This document shows positions 8,761 to 17,001 of a stretch of DNA of 64,000 nt, in pieces; the stretch's first letter is position 1, and each line of letters starts with the position of its first letter. The position numbers were made by a program, and so were the translations under genes. The notes under the pieces were generated by a model. The model did not search any database. It was not told the origin of the DNA and saw only the letters and a list, made by a program, of their open reading frames with translations. The stretch is from a virus (taxonomy: Duplodnaviria; Caudoviricetes): IMG/VR virus record IMGVR_UViG_2974556156_000001, positions 1 through 64,000 of that record; one strand, 5' to 3'.

Positions 8761-8820
8761 GGAGGTGGGATGTGGGAACCTCGCGTGAGGTCCTGCAGCT
8801 TCTCACAATCTGACCCAAAT

Positions 8821-8958
8821 GCAAGAGGCCCGCCTCCAAAGAGACGGGCCTGTGACCGGCAACCGTTAGGGTGATCACGACGCTGACCAGACACGCGGCC
8901 GGATCAGTCGTCCTCATCTAAAGCAAGAGGCCCGCCGATCTCCCGATCGGCGGGCCTC
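8821..8958. repeat. duplicated hairpins starting GCAAGAGGCCCGCC
   Basis: 14-nt direct repeat at 8821 and 8923, each overlapping the left arm of a hairpin; second stem is a perfect 14 bp (8927-8958). Confidence 0.75.
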
Positions 8959-9021
8959 CCGCTCTCCATCCACCCTGACCGCAGCTCAACTCGGCGAGGA
9001 CAGGATGAACTTAGGGCATCC

Positions 9022-9210
9022 TTACGCCGAACGCAAGGTCGACGGTCGAACCGCTCGTTCGCCCGCGTTGTTGGCCAGGGCGACGATCGCCCATTCACCG
9101 TTCTTCTTGTTCTCGTAGCGCACGATCGTGCCGCTCTGGTTGATGTTGGTATAACGACCGCTGGCCTTGAAGGTCACAGCAGCGCCGATCGGATGGGTCT
9201 TATCGGACAT
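9022..9210 (-). CDS. small hypothetical protein, 62 aa, antisense insert in the head module
   Basis: ATG 9210 within ORF 9022..9264; typical GC3-rich codon use; beta-rich SH3-like pattern is inference. Confidence 0.6.
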   Translation of the reverse strand: MSDKTHPIGAAVTFKASGRYTNINQSGTIVRYENKKNGEWAIVALANNAGERAVRPSTLRSA

Positions 9211-9276
9211 CGGATTGTTCCATAAAGGTTGGGAACTTCCCTTTACAACTTCAGACCCACCCAAGTCTACTACATA

Positions 9277-9321
9277 ATATCACTTTCTTTTAGTGTACTA
9301 TATATGCACTTTTATGCACTC
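9277..9321. promoter_or_regulatory. tandem boxes TATGCACTT (9303) and TATGCACTC (9313), plus ATATCACTTT (9277)
   Basis: Read directly in the AT-rich divergent gap upstream of the protease. Confidence 0.65.
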
Positions 9322-9375
9322 TCCTACGGGCTTCCCCTTGCACCCAAAGCCCGTCTTGGACTTAAAGCTTGATCC

Positions 9376-10533
9376 ATGAAGCAGATCGAAAAGACAGGGC
9401 GGGTTCTGATCCAACTGCGTAAGGCTTATGGGCCGGACGCGGATCTGAGCGCGCTCGCCGTCTTCGAGACGACACTGGTGAACACCAAGCCGCTCCGTAA
9501 GACCGGCGGCATCTTTAAGGGTGCCCGTCTGGCCGCGAGCCTGATGGCGGAAATCACTAATGCCGTGAATGCCGAGAGCATTCCGATCCAGCTGCAGCAC
9601 GACACCTCGACCCAGCCTTTTGGTCGCCTCTTCGCCGCCGCCATGCACGGCCTCGAAGAAGTTCGCGCACTCTTCGCGGTCGATCAAAAGGCCAATCCCG
9701 AAATCGTCCAGAAGATCGATAGTGGAACTCTCGATCAAGTCTCGGTCGGGATGATCAATAAACAACTGCTTTGCAACGCATGTGGTTTCGACTACATGTC
9801 GCCCAAGGCTTACGAGGCCCGATGGGCGCTGGAATGCGACAAGGAGCATAAGCTCGGTGAGAACGGCAATCACGTCGTGGTCACTGGCTTGGACCAACTT
9901 TTCGAGACCAGCCTAGTCGGCCACGGAGCTGTTCGTGGAGCACGCATCGTCGGCCCGTCCGAGAGCATCTTCAGGGACAATCCCAAGCTGGCCGCCTCGG
10001 CGGCTGAACATGGGGGCTTCGGTGCCCTCTATCTGACGGCAACCGTCGAGGACGAAAACATGGATCTCGCCCAGATCAACGCCCAGCTGACCACCCAGCT
10101 GACCACCGCCACCAGCGCCCAAGCCGTCGCCGAGACGAAGCTGACCGCCGCGACGGAGCAGGTCACCCAGCTGACGGGCCAGGTCACCCAGCTGACCACC
10201 GAGCGCAACGAAGCGCTGTCGGCCAAGACCACGGCCGAAACCGCCCTGACCGGCGTGACCGCCGAGCGCGACGCGGCCAACGCCGCCGTCTCGACCGCCC
10301 TGACCGCCCTGACCGCCGAAGCCACGGCTGTCCTGACGGCCTGCGGCAAGTCGACCGATGAAATCGCTCTGGCCCTGAAGGACAAGGACTGCGCCGCCGT
10401 CCTGTCGATCCTCCAGGAAAATCGCGCCCAGTTCGCCGCTGTGATCCCGGCCGGTGGCCGGTCGCAGGCGGCTGACACCAAGCCCAACGCGCCCGCCCGA
10501 CCGGCTGGCTCCTCGTTCACCACCCGTCGCTAA
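9376..10533 (+). CDS. prohead protease fused to coiled-coil scaffold
   Basis: LQHD..PFGR and VSVG motifs of HK97/herpes-fold proteases; CNACG..C..H insert; Ala/Thr-rich coiled-coil C-terminus. Confidence 0.8.
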   Translation: MKQIEKTGRVLIQLRKAYGPDADLSALAVFETTLVNTKPLRKTGGIFKGARLAASLMAEITNAVNAESIPIQLQHDTSTQPFGRLFAAAMHGLEEVRALFAVDQKANPEIVQKIDSGTLDQVSVGMINKQLLCNACGFDYMSPKAYEARWALECDKEHKLGENGNHVVVTGLDQLFETSLVGHGAVRGARIVGPSESIFRDNPKLAASAAEHGGFGALYLTATVEDENMDLAQINAQLTTQLTTATSAQAVAETKLTAATEQVTQLTGQVTQLTTERNEALSAKTTAETALTGVTAERDAANAAVSTALTALTAEATAVLTACGKSTDEIALALKDKDCAAVLSILQENRAQFAAVIPAGGRSQAADTKPNAPARPAGSSFTTRR

Positions 10534-10569
10534 GCCGCGACCGGATCAACCTCTTAAGGAGCAGCCAAC

Positions 10570-11016
10570 ATGCCCAGTTTCCACACTGCTGTTCGTCTCG
10601 CGAAGTTCGACTTCAAGGACTACCAGCTCACCGTCAACATGAACTCGGCCATCACGACCTCGGACGTGGGCAAGCCGGTCACCATCGACACCTCGGCCGA
10701 CAACCAGGTGAAGCTGGTCGGCGCGGGTGAAGAGATCGTCGGCATCATCTACACGGTCGAAGACCGCGTGAATGAAGGCAAGAAGGTCGGCACCGTCGAG
10801 TTCCACTTCGCCGCCTACCTGCCGATCCAGGCGGGCCTCACCGGCAACCAGGTCGTCGCCCGTGGCAAGCGCCTGGCCGGCGGCGGCGCGGGCACCGTTC
10901 GTGCCCTCGATCCGGCTGTGCCGGCCGACGCCGTGCTGATCGCCGCTGGCGCTCCGCGCTGCTGGGGCCTCCACACGGTCGACGGCGTGTCCAAGGCCAT
11001 CGCGACGCTTTTCTAA
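10570..11016 (+). CDS. head decoration/cement protein
   Basis: 148 aa, between scaffold and capsid; strong SD; typical position. Confidence 0.65.
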   Translation: MPSFHTAVRLAKFDFKDYQLTVNMNSAITTSDVGKPVTIDTSADNQVKLVGAGEEIVGIIYTVEDRVNEGKKVGTVEFHFAAYLPIQAGLTGNQVVARGKRLAGGGAGTVRALDPAVPADAVLIAAGAPRCWGLHTVDGVSKAIATLF

Positions 11017-11059
11017 GCGTCGCTTCCACTAGTCAGCATCTTTCAGGAAAGACCTTCCG

Positions 11060-12274
11060 ATGATCAAGAGCACTTCCGAAATCAAGAAGGCCGCACCCGA
11101 AACGGTGCTGGCCGGTCTGCTCAACGCGGACAGCACGCATGCGTCGCTTGAAGCCGCCAGCAAGCTGATCAAGGACGCCAAGGACTACGGCCTCGATCTG
11201 CGTAGCTACCTGCGCCTGTCGATCGACGCCGGCATGGCCGAGGACAAGAGCCGCTTCGTGGCCAACGCCAACGGCGAACTGCTGAACGGCTACGAAGCCT
11301 CGCTGGCCTACCTCAACCTGCCGATCCGTGACGACCTCGACGCGGGCGTCATGCTGCAGGCCGCCGCCGACACCTTCCAGACCTACCCCGGCACCCGCGC
11401 CCTCTTCCCCGAGGTCGTGGACGACATGGTTCAGTGGAAGGTCCGCCAGACCAACTTCGAAACCACCGACGGCATGATCGCCAACCGCCGCACCATCTCG
11501 GGCAACGAGATGCTGTCGACGGTCGTCGAAGACACCACCGCCGACTACGAAGAAGCCGTCCGCGCCGTCGCGGAAGGTGGCCGCATCCCGATCCACTCGA
11601 TCCGTTCGAGCGAGAAGCGCGTCAAGTTCTGGAAGTTCGGCAACGGCTACAAGACGACCTACGAGTTCCAACGCCGGGCCTCGCTGGACATCCTGACGCC
11701 CTACGCCGCGCGCACCCAGAAGCAGATCGACCGCTCGAAGGTCGCCGTGGCCACCTCGGTGCTGCTGAACGGCGACGGCGTGACCGGCGCCGCTGGCGTT
11801 GTCGGACAGTCGTCCTTCAACAACGCCAACACGACCGGTACGGCTACGGCCGGCAAGCTCTCGTACAAGCACCTGGCCGCCTGGCTGGTGTCGCGTGCGA
11901 AGGCCGGTGCGCCGATCGACACCGTCCTGGGCAACTGGGACATGTACCTCCAGTGGCTGTTCCTGTTCGCCATTCCGACGACCAACAACAGCATGACCGA
12001 CGCCGAGCAGCTGGCCCGCACGGGCTTCCAGATCGGCGGCGTTCCGATCCTGTCGGGCAACATCCAGTTCAAGCTGTCCTCGGACGCTCCGAACAACCAG
12101 CTGATCGGCTTCAGCCGTGACGACACGCTGGAGGAGATGACCGAGGCCGGTTCGCAGATCTCGGAAAGCGAGAAGTCGATCCAGACGCAGGAAGTCACCT
12201 ACGTCCGCACCGAGACCTCGGGCTTCCGCCTGATCTTCGGCGACACGCGCTCGGTCCTGGACCTGGCGTCGTAA
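11060..12274 (+). CDS. major capsid protein (HK97 fold expected)
   Basis: 404 aa, strongly biased codons, VAEGGRIP..I.....V...KFG..Y..TYE capsid pattern, followed by terminator. Confidence 0.85.
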   Translation: MIKSTSEIKKAAPETVLAGLLNADSTHASLEAASKLIKDAKDYGLDLRSYLRLSIDAGMAEDKSRFVANANGELLNGYEASLAYLNLPIRDDLDAGVMLQAAADTFQTYPGTRALFPEVVDDMVQWKVRQTNFETTDGMIANRRTISGNEMLSTVVEDTTADYEEAVRAVAEGGRIPIHSIRSSEKRVKFWKFGNGYKTTYEFQRRASLDILTPYAARTQKQIDRSKVAVATSVLLNGDGVTGAAGVVGQSSFNNANTTGTATAGKLSYKHLAAWLVSRAKAGAPIDTVLGNWDMYLQWLFLFAIPTTNNSMTDAEQLARTGFQIGGVPILSGNIQFKLSSDAPNNQLIGFSRDDTLEEMTEAGSQISESEKSIQTQEVTYVRTETSGFRLIFGDTRSVLDLAS

Positions 12275-12287
12275 GTCAGCTACGACG

Positions 12288-12316
12288 GAGGGCGGGAGGA
12301 AACTCCCGCCCTCTTT
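12288..12316 (+). terminator. Rho-independent terminator after capsid
   Basis: GAGGGCGGGAG-gaaa-CTCCCGCCCTC then TTT. Confidence 0.75.
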
Positions 12317-12344
12317 CCGTCAACACCCAATCCCGGAGATCCCC

Positions 12345-12680
12345 ATGAAGTTCCTGGTCGAGACCAAGGACAACCTGCAAGTCGTCGGCAACGGCGAAGA
12401 GATGCACGCCCGTTACAACCGCCCGTCGGTTGTGCGGGACAACACCTTCATGCAGCAGCACATCGCCGCCGGCACCGTCCAGATCAAGGCCCGCCTGGTC
12501 GACGAAGCCACCGACGCCGAATACGAAGACCGCTGGCTGGCCGCCCACAAGGACGCCAAGACCGCCGACGACAAGGAAGCCGCGACCGAGAAGGTCACGG
12601 ACAAGTTCCTGGCTGAGTTCGAGTTCTCGGACAAGCCCAAGAAGGGCAAGGACGAACAACCGCCGCCCCCGAAGGCCTAA
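12345..12680 (+). CDS. hypothetical protein (post-capsid)
   Basis: GGAG SD, 111 aa, charged C-terminus. Confidence 0.75.
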   Translation: MKFLVETKDNLQVVGNGEEMHARYNRPSVVRDNTFMQQHIAAGTVQIKARLVDEATDAEYEDRWLAAHKDAKTADDKEAATEKVTDKFLAEFEFSDKPKKGKDEQPPPPKA

Positions 12681-12684
12681 GTAC

Positions 12685-13419
12685 GTGCTGACCTTCCACG
12701 CAGGTCAATCCGTCGTCGTCGCCGTCCCGCTTACGCGGGACGGCGAACCGTTCCTGGCTGACGCCGGAGCGAAGTGGACTTTGCGTGACCACACCGGCCT
12801 TCCGATGCCGGCCTATACCGATCAAGCAGTCGCCGATGTGAGCGACACTACCTTGATCATTACGATCCCTTCCGGTGCCCAGACCATCGACAGCAGCAGG
12901 CTCTTCGAGAAGCGCTTCGTGGTCGTTTCAGGCACCAGCAACGCCATTCCTTTCGAAGTCACCCTGGCCTACCGACTTGTGGCCTGGATGAACTATTCGA
13001 TCACAGCCGACAGTGTCCGATCCTTCCTGGGCGTCGACCCCGGCGAACTGGCTGACCACGACATCGATCTACCGGCAGCCTACCTCGAACTGGCCTCGGT
13101 GGCCGGCGTCACTGCCGTGCAGGATGCCCTCAATAGCGGCACGCGCCTGGAGTCCCTGGCCAACAACGCCATCAAGGGCTACGCCGCCCTAGCGTGCCTC
13201 CCCGGCCTTCGCCAGCGCGTCTCCAAGAAGGCCGAGGACGGCTCGATGAAGGTCGAGCGCTTCACGGTGGATTTCGATCGTTTGGAGGCTGATGCGCGCC
13301 GTCTCGTGATGGAGGGCACCACCGGCCTGGGCACCTCTCTTGACGACCTGACCGCTCCCGTGCTCTTCGTCCTGGTGACACCCACCACCGACGTGATCAC
13401 GGGGGAAGCTCCTGCGTAG
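12685..13419 (+). CDS. putative head-tail adaptor
   Basis: GTG 12685 right after the upstream stop; the ORF track start at 12430 is a shadow frame; function by position. Confidence 0.6.
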   Translation: MLTFHAGQSVVVAVPLTRDGEPFLADAGAKWTLRDHTGLPMPAYTDQAVADVSDTTLIITIPSGAQTIDSSRLFEKRFVVVSGTSNAIPFEVTLAYRLVAWMNYSITADSVRSFLGVDPGELADHDIDLPAAYLELASVAGVTAVQDALNSGTRLESLANNAIKGYAALACLPGLRQRVSKKAEDGSMKVERFTVDFDRLEADARRLVMEGTTGLGTSLDDLTAPVLFVLVTPTTDVITGEAPA

Positions 13420-13951
13420 GCTCACCTACCTCCACGACCGAGCGGTTGAGCCCATCAGGATCATTGGTGGAGCCCAAACCCGAGGCATCATTCACCGCCC
13501 AGCTGATAACGATCAGCCAGGTGCTGAGTTCTCGCGACCGAAGACCACCCTGCGTGTTCTGGCATCGTCCATCGTGTATACCGGTCAAGTCATTCAGACG
13601 CGGGCTGATGAGCGATACTTGGTGGCGGACCACAGCCGCACCGTGGACTACATCACCTACCATCTGTTCGAGACCGACCGGCAGATCACCTGGGAGCGGG
13701 AGACCTTCAGGGTCAACCCGGTCAGCAAGCAGAAGCAGTCCTTGGGACGTCAACCGGTCCAAGCCTCGCCGATCTGGGTGATGTGGGAGCGAGCGCGTCG
13801 CGAGTTCATGGACCTCAACGTGCGGATCGCTCAGGAGACCTACCTCCTGGCCACGGGCGAGAACATCCAACTGGGCGACTTCCTGGACGGCAAGGTCGTT
13901 AAGCGCGTCTCCAATGCTCTGGGCATCAAGGTCGTGGAGCTGCAGGGATGA
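13412..13951 (+). CDS. putative head closure/stopper protein, probable CTG start
   Basis: Frame open from the in-frame TGA at 13394 with no ATG/GTG/TTG until 13574; GGGGGAAG SD precedes CTG 13412, which overlaps the upstream stop. Confidence 0.6.
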   Translation: MRRLTYLHDRAVEPIRIIGGAQTRGIIHRPADNDQPGAEFSRPKTTLRVLASSIVYTGQVIQTRADERYLVADHSRTVDYITYHLFETDRQITWERETFRVNPVSKQKQSLGRQPVQASPIWVMWERARREFMDLNVRIAQETYLLATGENIQLGDFLDGKVVKRVSNALGIKVVELQG

Positions 13952-14775
13952 AGGTGCGGGTGGGTCGTGTCCAGCTGGGCAGCGACCTTTCGGCCGTCGA
14001 GAAGCAGATCGCGGGCGAGTTGGTTGCGAACTCGATCGACAAGGCCCAGGAGATCAGCCCTCGCTTCCTGCGCCGCCTGGGTGCCCGTATCCAGATGGCG
14101 GCCATGTCCGAGGCCAACGACATCTTCGACGTGGTCGTCGGGATCATCGACAGCCCCAAGTTCTCGACCTCGGACATGGGCGTGCGCTACGCCGACGTGA
14201 TCCGGGGTGCGCCCGCCGGCACGAGCGGACCAGGCGGCCGGGTGTCATGGTCCGACCTGTCGCTACGCTACGCCGGCTATAAGCGCCGACACCGGCCGGC
14301 GAACCGGGACCGTATGTTCCGCTACAACAATGGTCTGCGAAACTACCTGGATCGTCAGGGGCTCTCGATCGTCAAGAGCCGCCTGGGAGGGATCCAGGTA
14401 AAGGTCGATGTCACCCCGCCGGCCAATTCCGAAGTGCGTAAGTACAAGACTGGTCAGATCTGGAGGCAGACTATCTTCCCCGAGGAGGTAGCCAGCCTGG
14501 CGCTTGGGCGTGTCAGTGTGACCATGTTCCCCCGCTTGTCACCCAGCCTGGCTCCGATGCTTTCCAGCCGAAAGTGGACCGACAGCGGCACGGGGAAGCT
14601 GGAGCGGCAGCTCTTCGCCGGGACGCGCGCGGCCGACAAGCTGGTCAACCGAAATCGTCCCTATCGCCCTCTGGTCACTCCCGTGCTGCAGTTCTTCATG
14701 CTAGTACGGATCCCCAGCGCCATTAAGCGCTCGGTTCGCAACTACCTGGGACGGACGGGGATCGCTCGTGATTAA
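13948..14775 (+). CDS. putative neck/tail-completion protein
   Basis: ATGA-coupled 275-aa basic protein between closure and terminator genes. Confidence 0.55.
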   Translation: MKVRVGRVQLGSDLSAVEKQIAGELVANSIDKAQEISPRFLRRLGARIQMAAMSEANDIFDVVVGIIDSPKFSTSDMGVRYADVIRGAPAGTSGPGGRVSWSDLSLRYAGYKRRHRPANRDRMFRYNNGLRNYLDRQGLSIVKSRLGGIQVKVDVTPPANSEVRKYKTGQIWRQTIFPEEVASLALGRVSVTMFPRLSPSLAPMLSSRKWTDSGTGKLERQLFAGTRAADKLVNRNRPYRPLVTPVLQFFMLVRIPSAIKRSVRNYLGRTGIARD

Positions 14776-15238
14776 GCCTGAAGACCTCTACATCAACGTG
14801 ATCCTGTCCCTGACGCGCTTCGTCGAGGACTTCCGGCTGGCCCACATGCCCACCGCCGATCTGATCGACTGGGACGATCACGCCAACATTGAAGAGCTGC
14901 CGGAGAAGGACGTTATCGGTCTGATGGGAGTGGGTATGGCCACCGACGTCAAGGACCAGCACGAGGTCGTTTTCGGTATTGGCCTGTCGACCTACGCCGA
15001 CAAGGGCAAGGTGCGCCTGTCGCGCCTGATATCGAAGATGCGGGGTGCTCTGGACCCCGAGGGCACTATCCAGATCTACGAAGAGTCCCTGGACGGCCTC
15101 ACGGCTGTGAAGAAGAGCTGGATGGTTCTGGCCCACCCGGTGGCTGTCACACCTACCTCTAAGACCGAGGTCAGGGTTGTGCAGGCGGTAGAGGCTCGGG
15201 CGCTAGTTTCCCCTGCTGCAACATCATCCTTCGGATGA
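14768..15238 (+). CDS. putative tail terminator protein
   Basis: 156 aa, GTG start, last + gene before the tail tube. Confidence 0.55.
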   Translation: MIKPEDLYINVILSLTRFVEDFRLAHMPTADLIDWDDHANIEELPEKDVIGLMGVGMATDVKDQHEVVFGIGLSTYADKGKVRLSRLISKMRGALDPEGTIQIYEESLDGLTAVKKSWMVLAHPVAVTPTSKTEVRVVQAVEARALVSPAATSSFG

Positions 15239-15557
15239 TCTCCAGCTCGTGTTCGGTCTTCAGCTTTAGGCCGTAAGCTACAAGTCGAACCATCTCGGTG
15301 CTGAAGCTCCTCTGGAATACTTCACACCTGAGACGAATGGCCTTCTCATCCTGGTAGTCGATCCGAGCAACCTTGACCCGCCGATTTTCATCCGAGACGG
15401 TGATGTCGATGTCAGCGTTCGGACTGTCCGCCAGGGCCAGCCTCAGTAGGTAACTAAATTCAGCGTTGCGACTGCGCTGGTTGGCCTTGGCCCGGAACTC
15501 CACCTGGTTCATCAGGGCTTCCGGGATCATGAAGCTGGTGTTGCGAGCGGTGGCCAT
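15171..15557 (-). CDS. tandem Arc-like ribbon-helix-helix DNA-binding protein
   Basis: TSFMIPEALMNQVEFRAKANQRSRNAEF and VKVARID...IRLRCEVFQRSFSTEMVRLV both follow the Arc beta-strand/helix/RSxNxE pattern. Confidence 0.75.
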   Translation of the reverse strand: MATARNTSFMIPEALMNQVEFRAKANQRSRNAEFSYLLRLALADSPNADIDITVSDENRRVKVARIDYQDEKAIRLRCEVFQRSFSTEMVRLVAYGLKLKTEHELEIIRRMMLQQGKLAPEPLPPAQP

Positions 15558-15585
15558 ATTCACTTCTATGCGGTTTTATGCACTT
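15557..15585. promoter_or_regulatory. three 10-bp-period boxes TATTCACTT / TATGCGGTT / TATGCACTT
   Basis: Boxes start at 15557, 15567, 15577, between the Arc-like gene start and the tail tube gene. Confidence 0.7.
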
Positions 15586-15675
15586 TCTCAGATATACATG
15601 AGCTGTCGCCTGCCGCAAAGAACCAGATGAGATTTTCGACGTGGGCTGCCATGTCGCCAGCAATGGAGAACCCGC

Positions 15676-16473
15676 ATGGCCGGTGAAGCCAAGACTTCGG
15701 CGTTCCTGCTTTCGAGCGCCACCATCATGCTTGGCCCGCGTGCCAACCTGATGAGCCTGACCCCCGATGCCCACAGCATCGGCCTGGTCAAGAACATTCA
15801 GGTGACCACGGATCCGAGCACCGTCGTCCTGACCCAAGGCACCCAGAACACCGAGGTCTCGGCGGTCACGAACGGCAACCCGGCCCGCATCGCTGCCGAG
15901 GTCTACGAGTACTCGGCCCGCAACCTGGCCTACGGTGCGCTGTTGGACGCCACGGGCGTTGGCTTCGATCCGATCGTCGCCAGCTATGCGCTGGGCACCG
16001 CCATCGCCTCCGGTGGTACGACCGTCGTGGTCGGCGCTGGTCAAGGCACCAACTTCAACGTTGGCGACTTCCTGGTCCTGGCGGACATCAACATCCCCGA
16101 CCGGGTCCATGTGGGTAAGGTCGCCTCGAAGACGACCGACACCCTCACCCTGGACGCCGCCTACGCTATGCCGGTCGGCATGGCCTGGGCCATCGCCTCG
16201 ACGACCATCTACAAGGTCAACATGATCAAGGTCGGCGCGGTCGCCAAGCAGCCCACCTTCGCCCTGAAGATGGTCGGCAACCTGCCGGAAAGCGGCGAGC
16301 CGGTCACGGTTCTGTTCCCGAAGGTCCGCATCACCAAGGGCATCAGCCTGGCCTTCCAGACGGACAACTTCTCGAACATGCCGTTCGAGTTCGCCCCGAT
16401 GGCCCTGCTGAGCGGCGACAGCTTCTACTCGGACTTCGGCTCGCTGAAGACCTGGATGATCGCCACCCGGTAA
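15676..16473 (+). CDS. tail tube (major tail) protein
   Basis: 265 aa, GGAG SD, capsid-like codon bias, upstream of chaperone and tape measure. Confidence 0.8.
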   Translation: MAGEAKTSAFLLSSATIMLGPRANLMSLTPDAHSIGLVKNIQVTTDPSTVVLTQGTQNTEVSAVTNGNPARIAAEVYEYSARNLAYGALLDATGVGFDPIVASYALGTAIASGGTTVVVGAGQGTNFNVGDFLVLADINIPDRVHVGKVASKTTDTLTLDAAYAMPVGMAWAIASTTIYKVNMIKVGAVAKQPTFALKMVGNLPESGEPVTVLFPKVRITKGISLAFQTDNFSNMPFEFAPMALLSGDSFYSDFGSLKTWMIATR

Positions 16474-16499
16474 TAGCACAATCTACTTGTGCTTCGAAG

Positions 16500-16531
16500 T
16501 TGCCCGCCGCATAACAGCGGCGGGCAATTTT
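16500..16531 (+). terminator. terminator after tail tube
   Basis: TTGCCCGCCGC-ataaca-GCGGCGGGCAA then TTTT. Confidence 0.65.
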
Positions 16532-16545
16532 CATTGGAGACCCGC

Positions 16546-17001
16546 GTGACCGACGCCGCTGCTGAGCTGCCGCCAAAGCCTGAGGATTACCTCACCATCA
16601 CCCACAATGGTGAGCCGCGTGAACTGTTCATGAGCTACTTGCGCAAGAACTCGATCCTGCGCTTCGTGGACAATCCGACCCAGATCGTCTGGCTTTCCAG
16701 TGAGCCCGATTTGATCGAGAACGTCATGCGGATCATGCTCTCGCCCAAGGCCGGTGCTGGCGGCATGTTCGAACATGAGCTGACCGAGGAAGAGGTCAGT
16801 GAAGATGACGTGCAGCGCATCATGAACTGGGTGCAGGATCACCTGACCTATTTTTTCATGAAGAGGTTCCAGGACATGGCCGATCGAGGAAAGCTGCTGG
16901 AGCCGATCGCGAAGGACCTTCTGTCGTCCGTGGGTTCCTCGAACAGCTCAACTTCCGAGACGCCGTCTGCTGGGCCTTCGACACCGTCCCCAGCCGCCTG
17001 A
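16546..17001 (+). CDS. tail assembly chaperone (lambda G equivalent)
   Basis: GTG 16546 with GGAG SD; contains slippery T TTT TTC at 16851-16857. Confidence 0.75.
   Translation: MTDAAAELPPKPEDYLTITHNGEPRELFMSYLRKNSILRFVDNPTQIVWLSSEPDLIENVMRIMLSPKAGAGGMFEHELTEEEVSEDDVQRIMNWVQDHLTYFFMKRFQDMADRGKLLEPIAKDLLSSVGSSNSSTSETPSAGPSTPSPAA

Noticed and set aside
12430-12684. Upstream extension of the adaptor ORF, or a +1 frameshift from the 12345 gene at CCC CCG / GCC TAA
   Set aside because: The extension is low-complexity shadow translation; GTG 12685 right after the stop explains the gene; GCC TAA is not the known CCC TAA shift site
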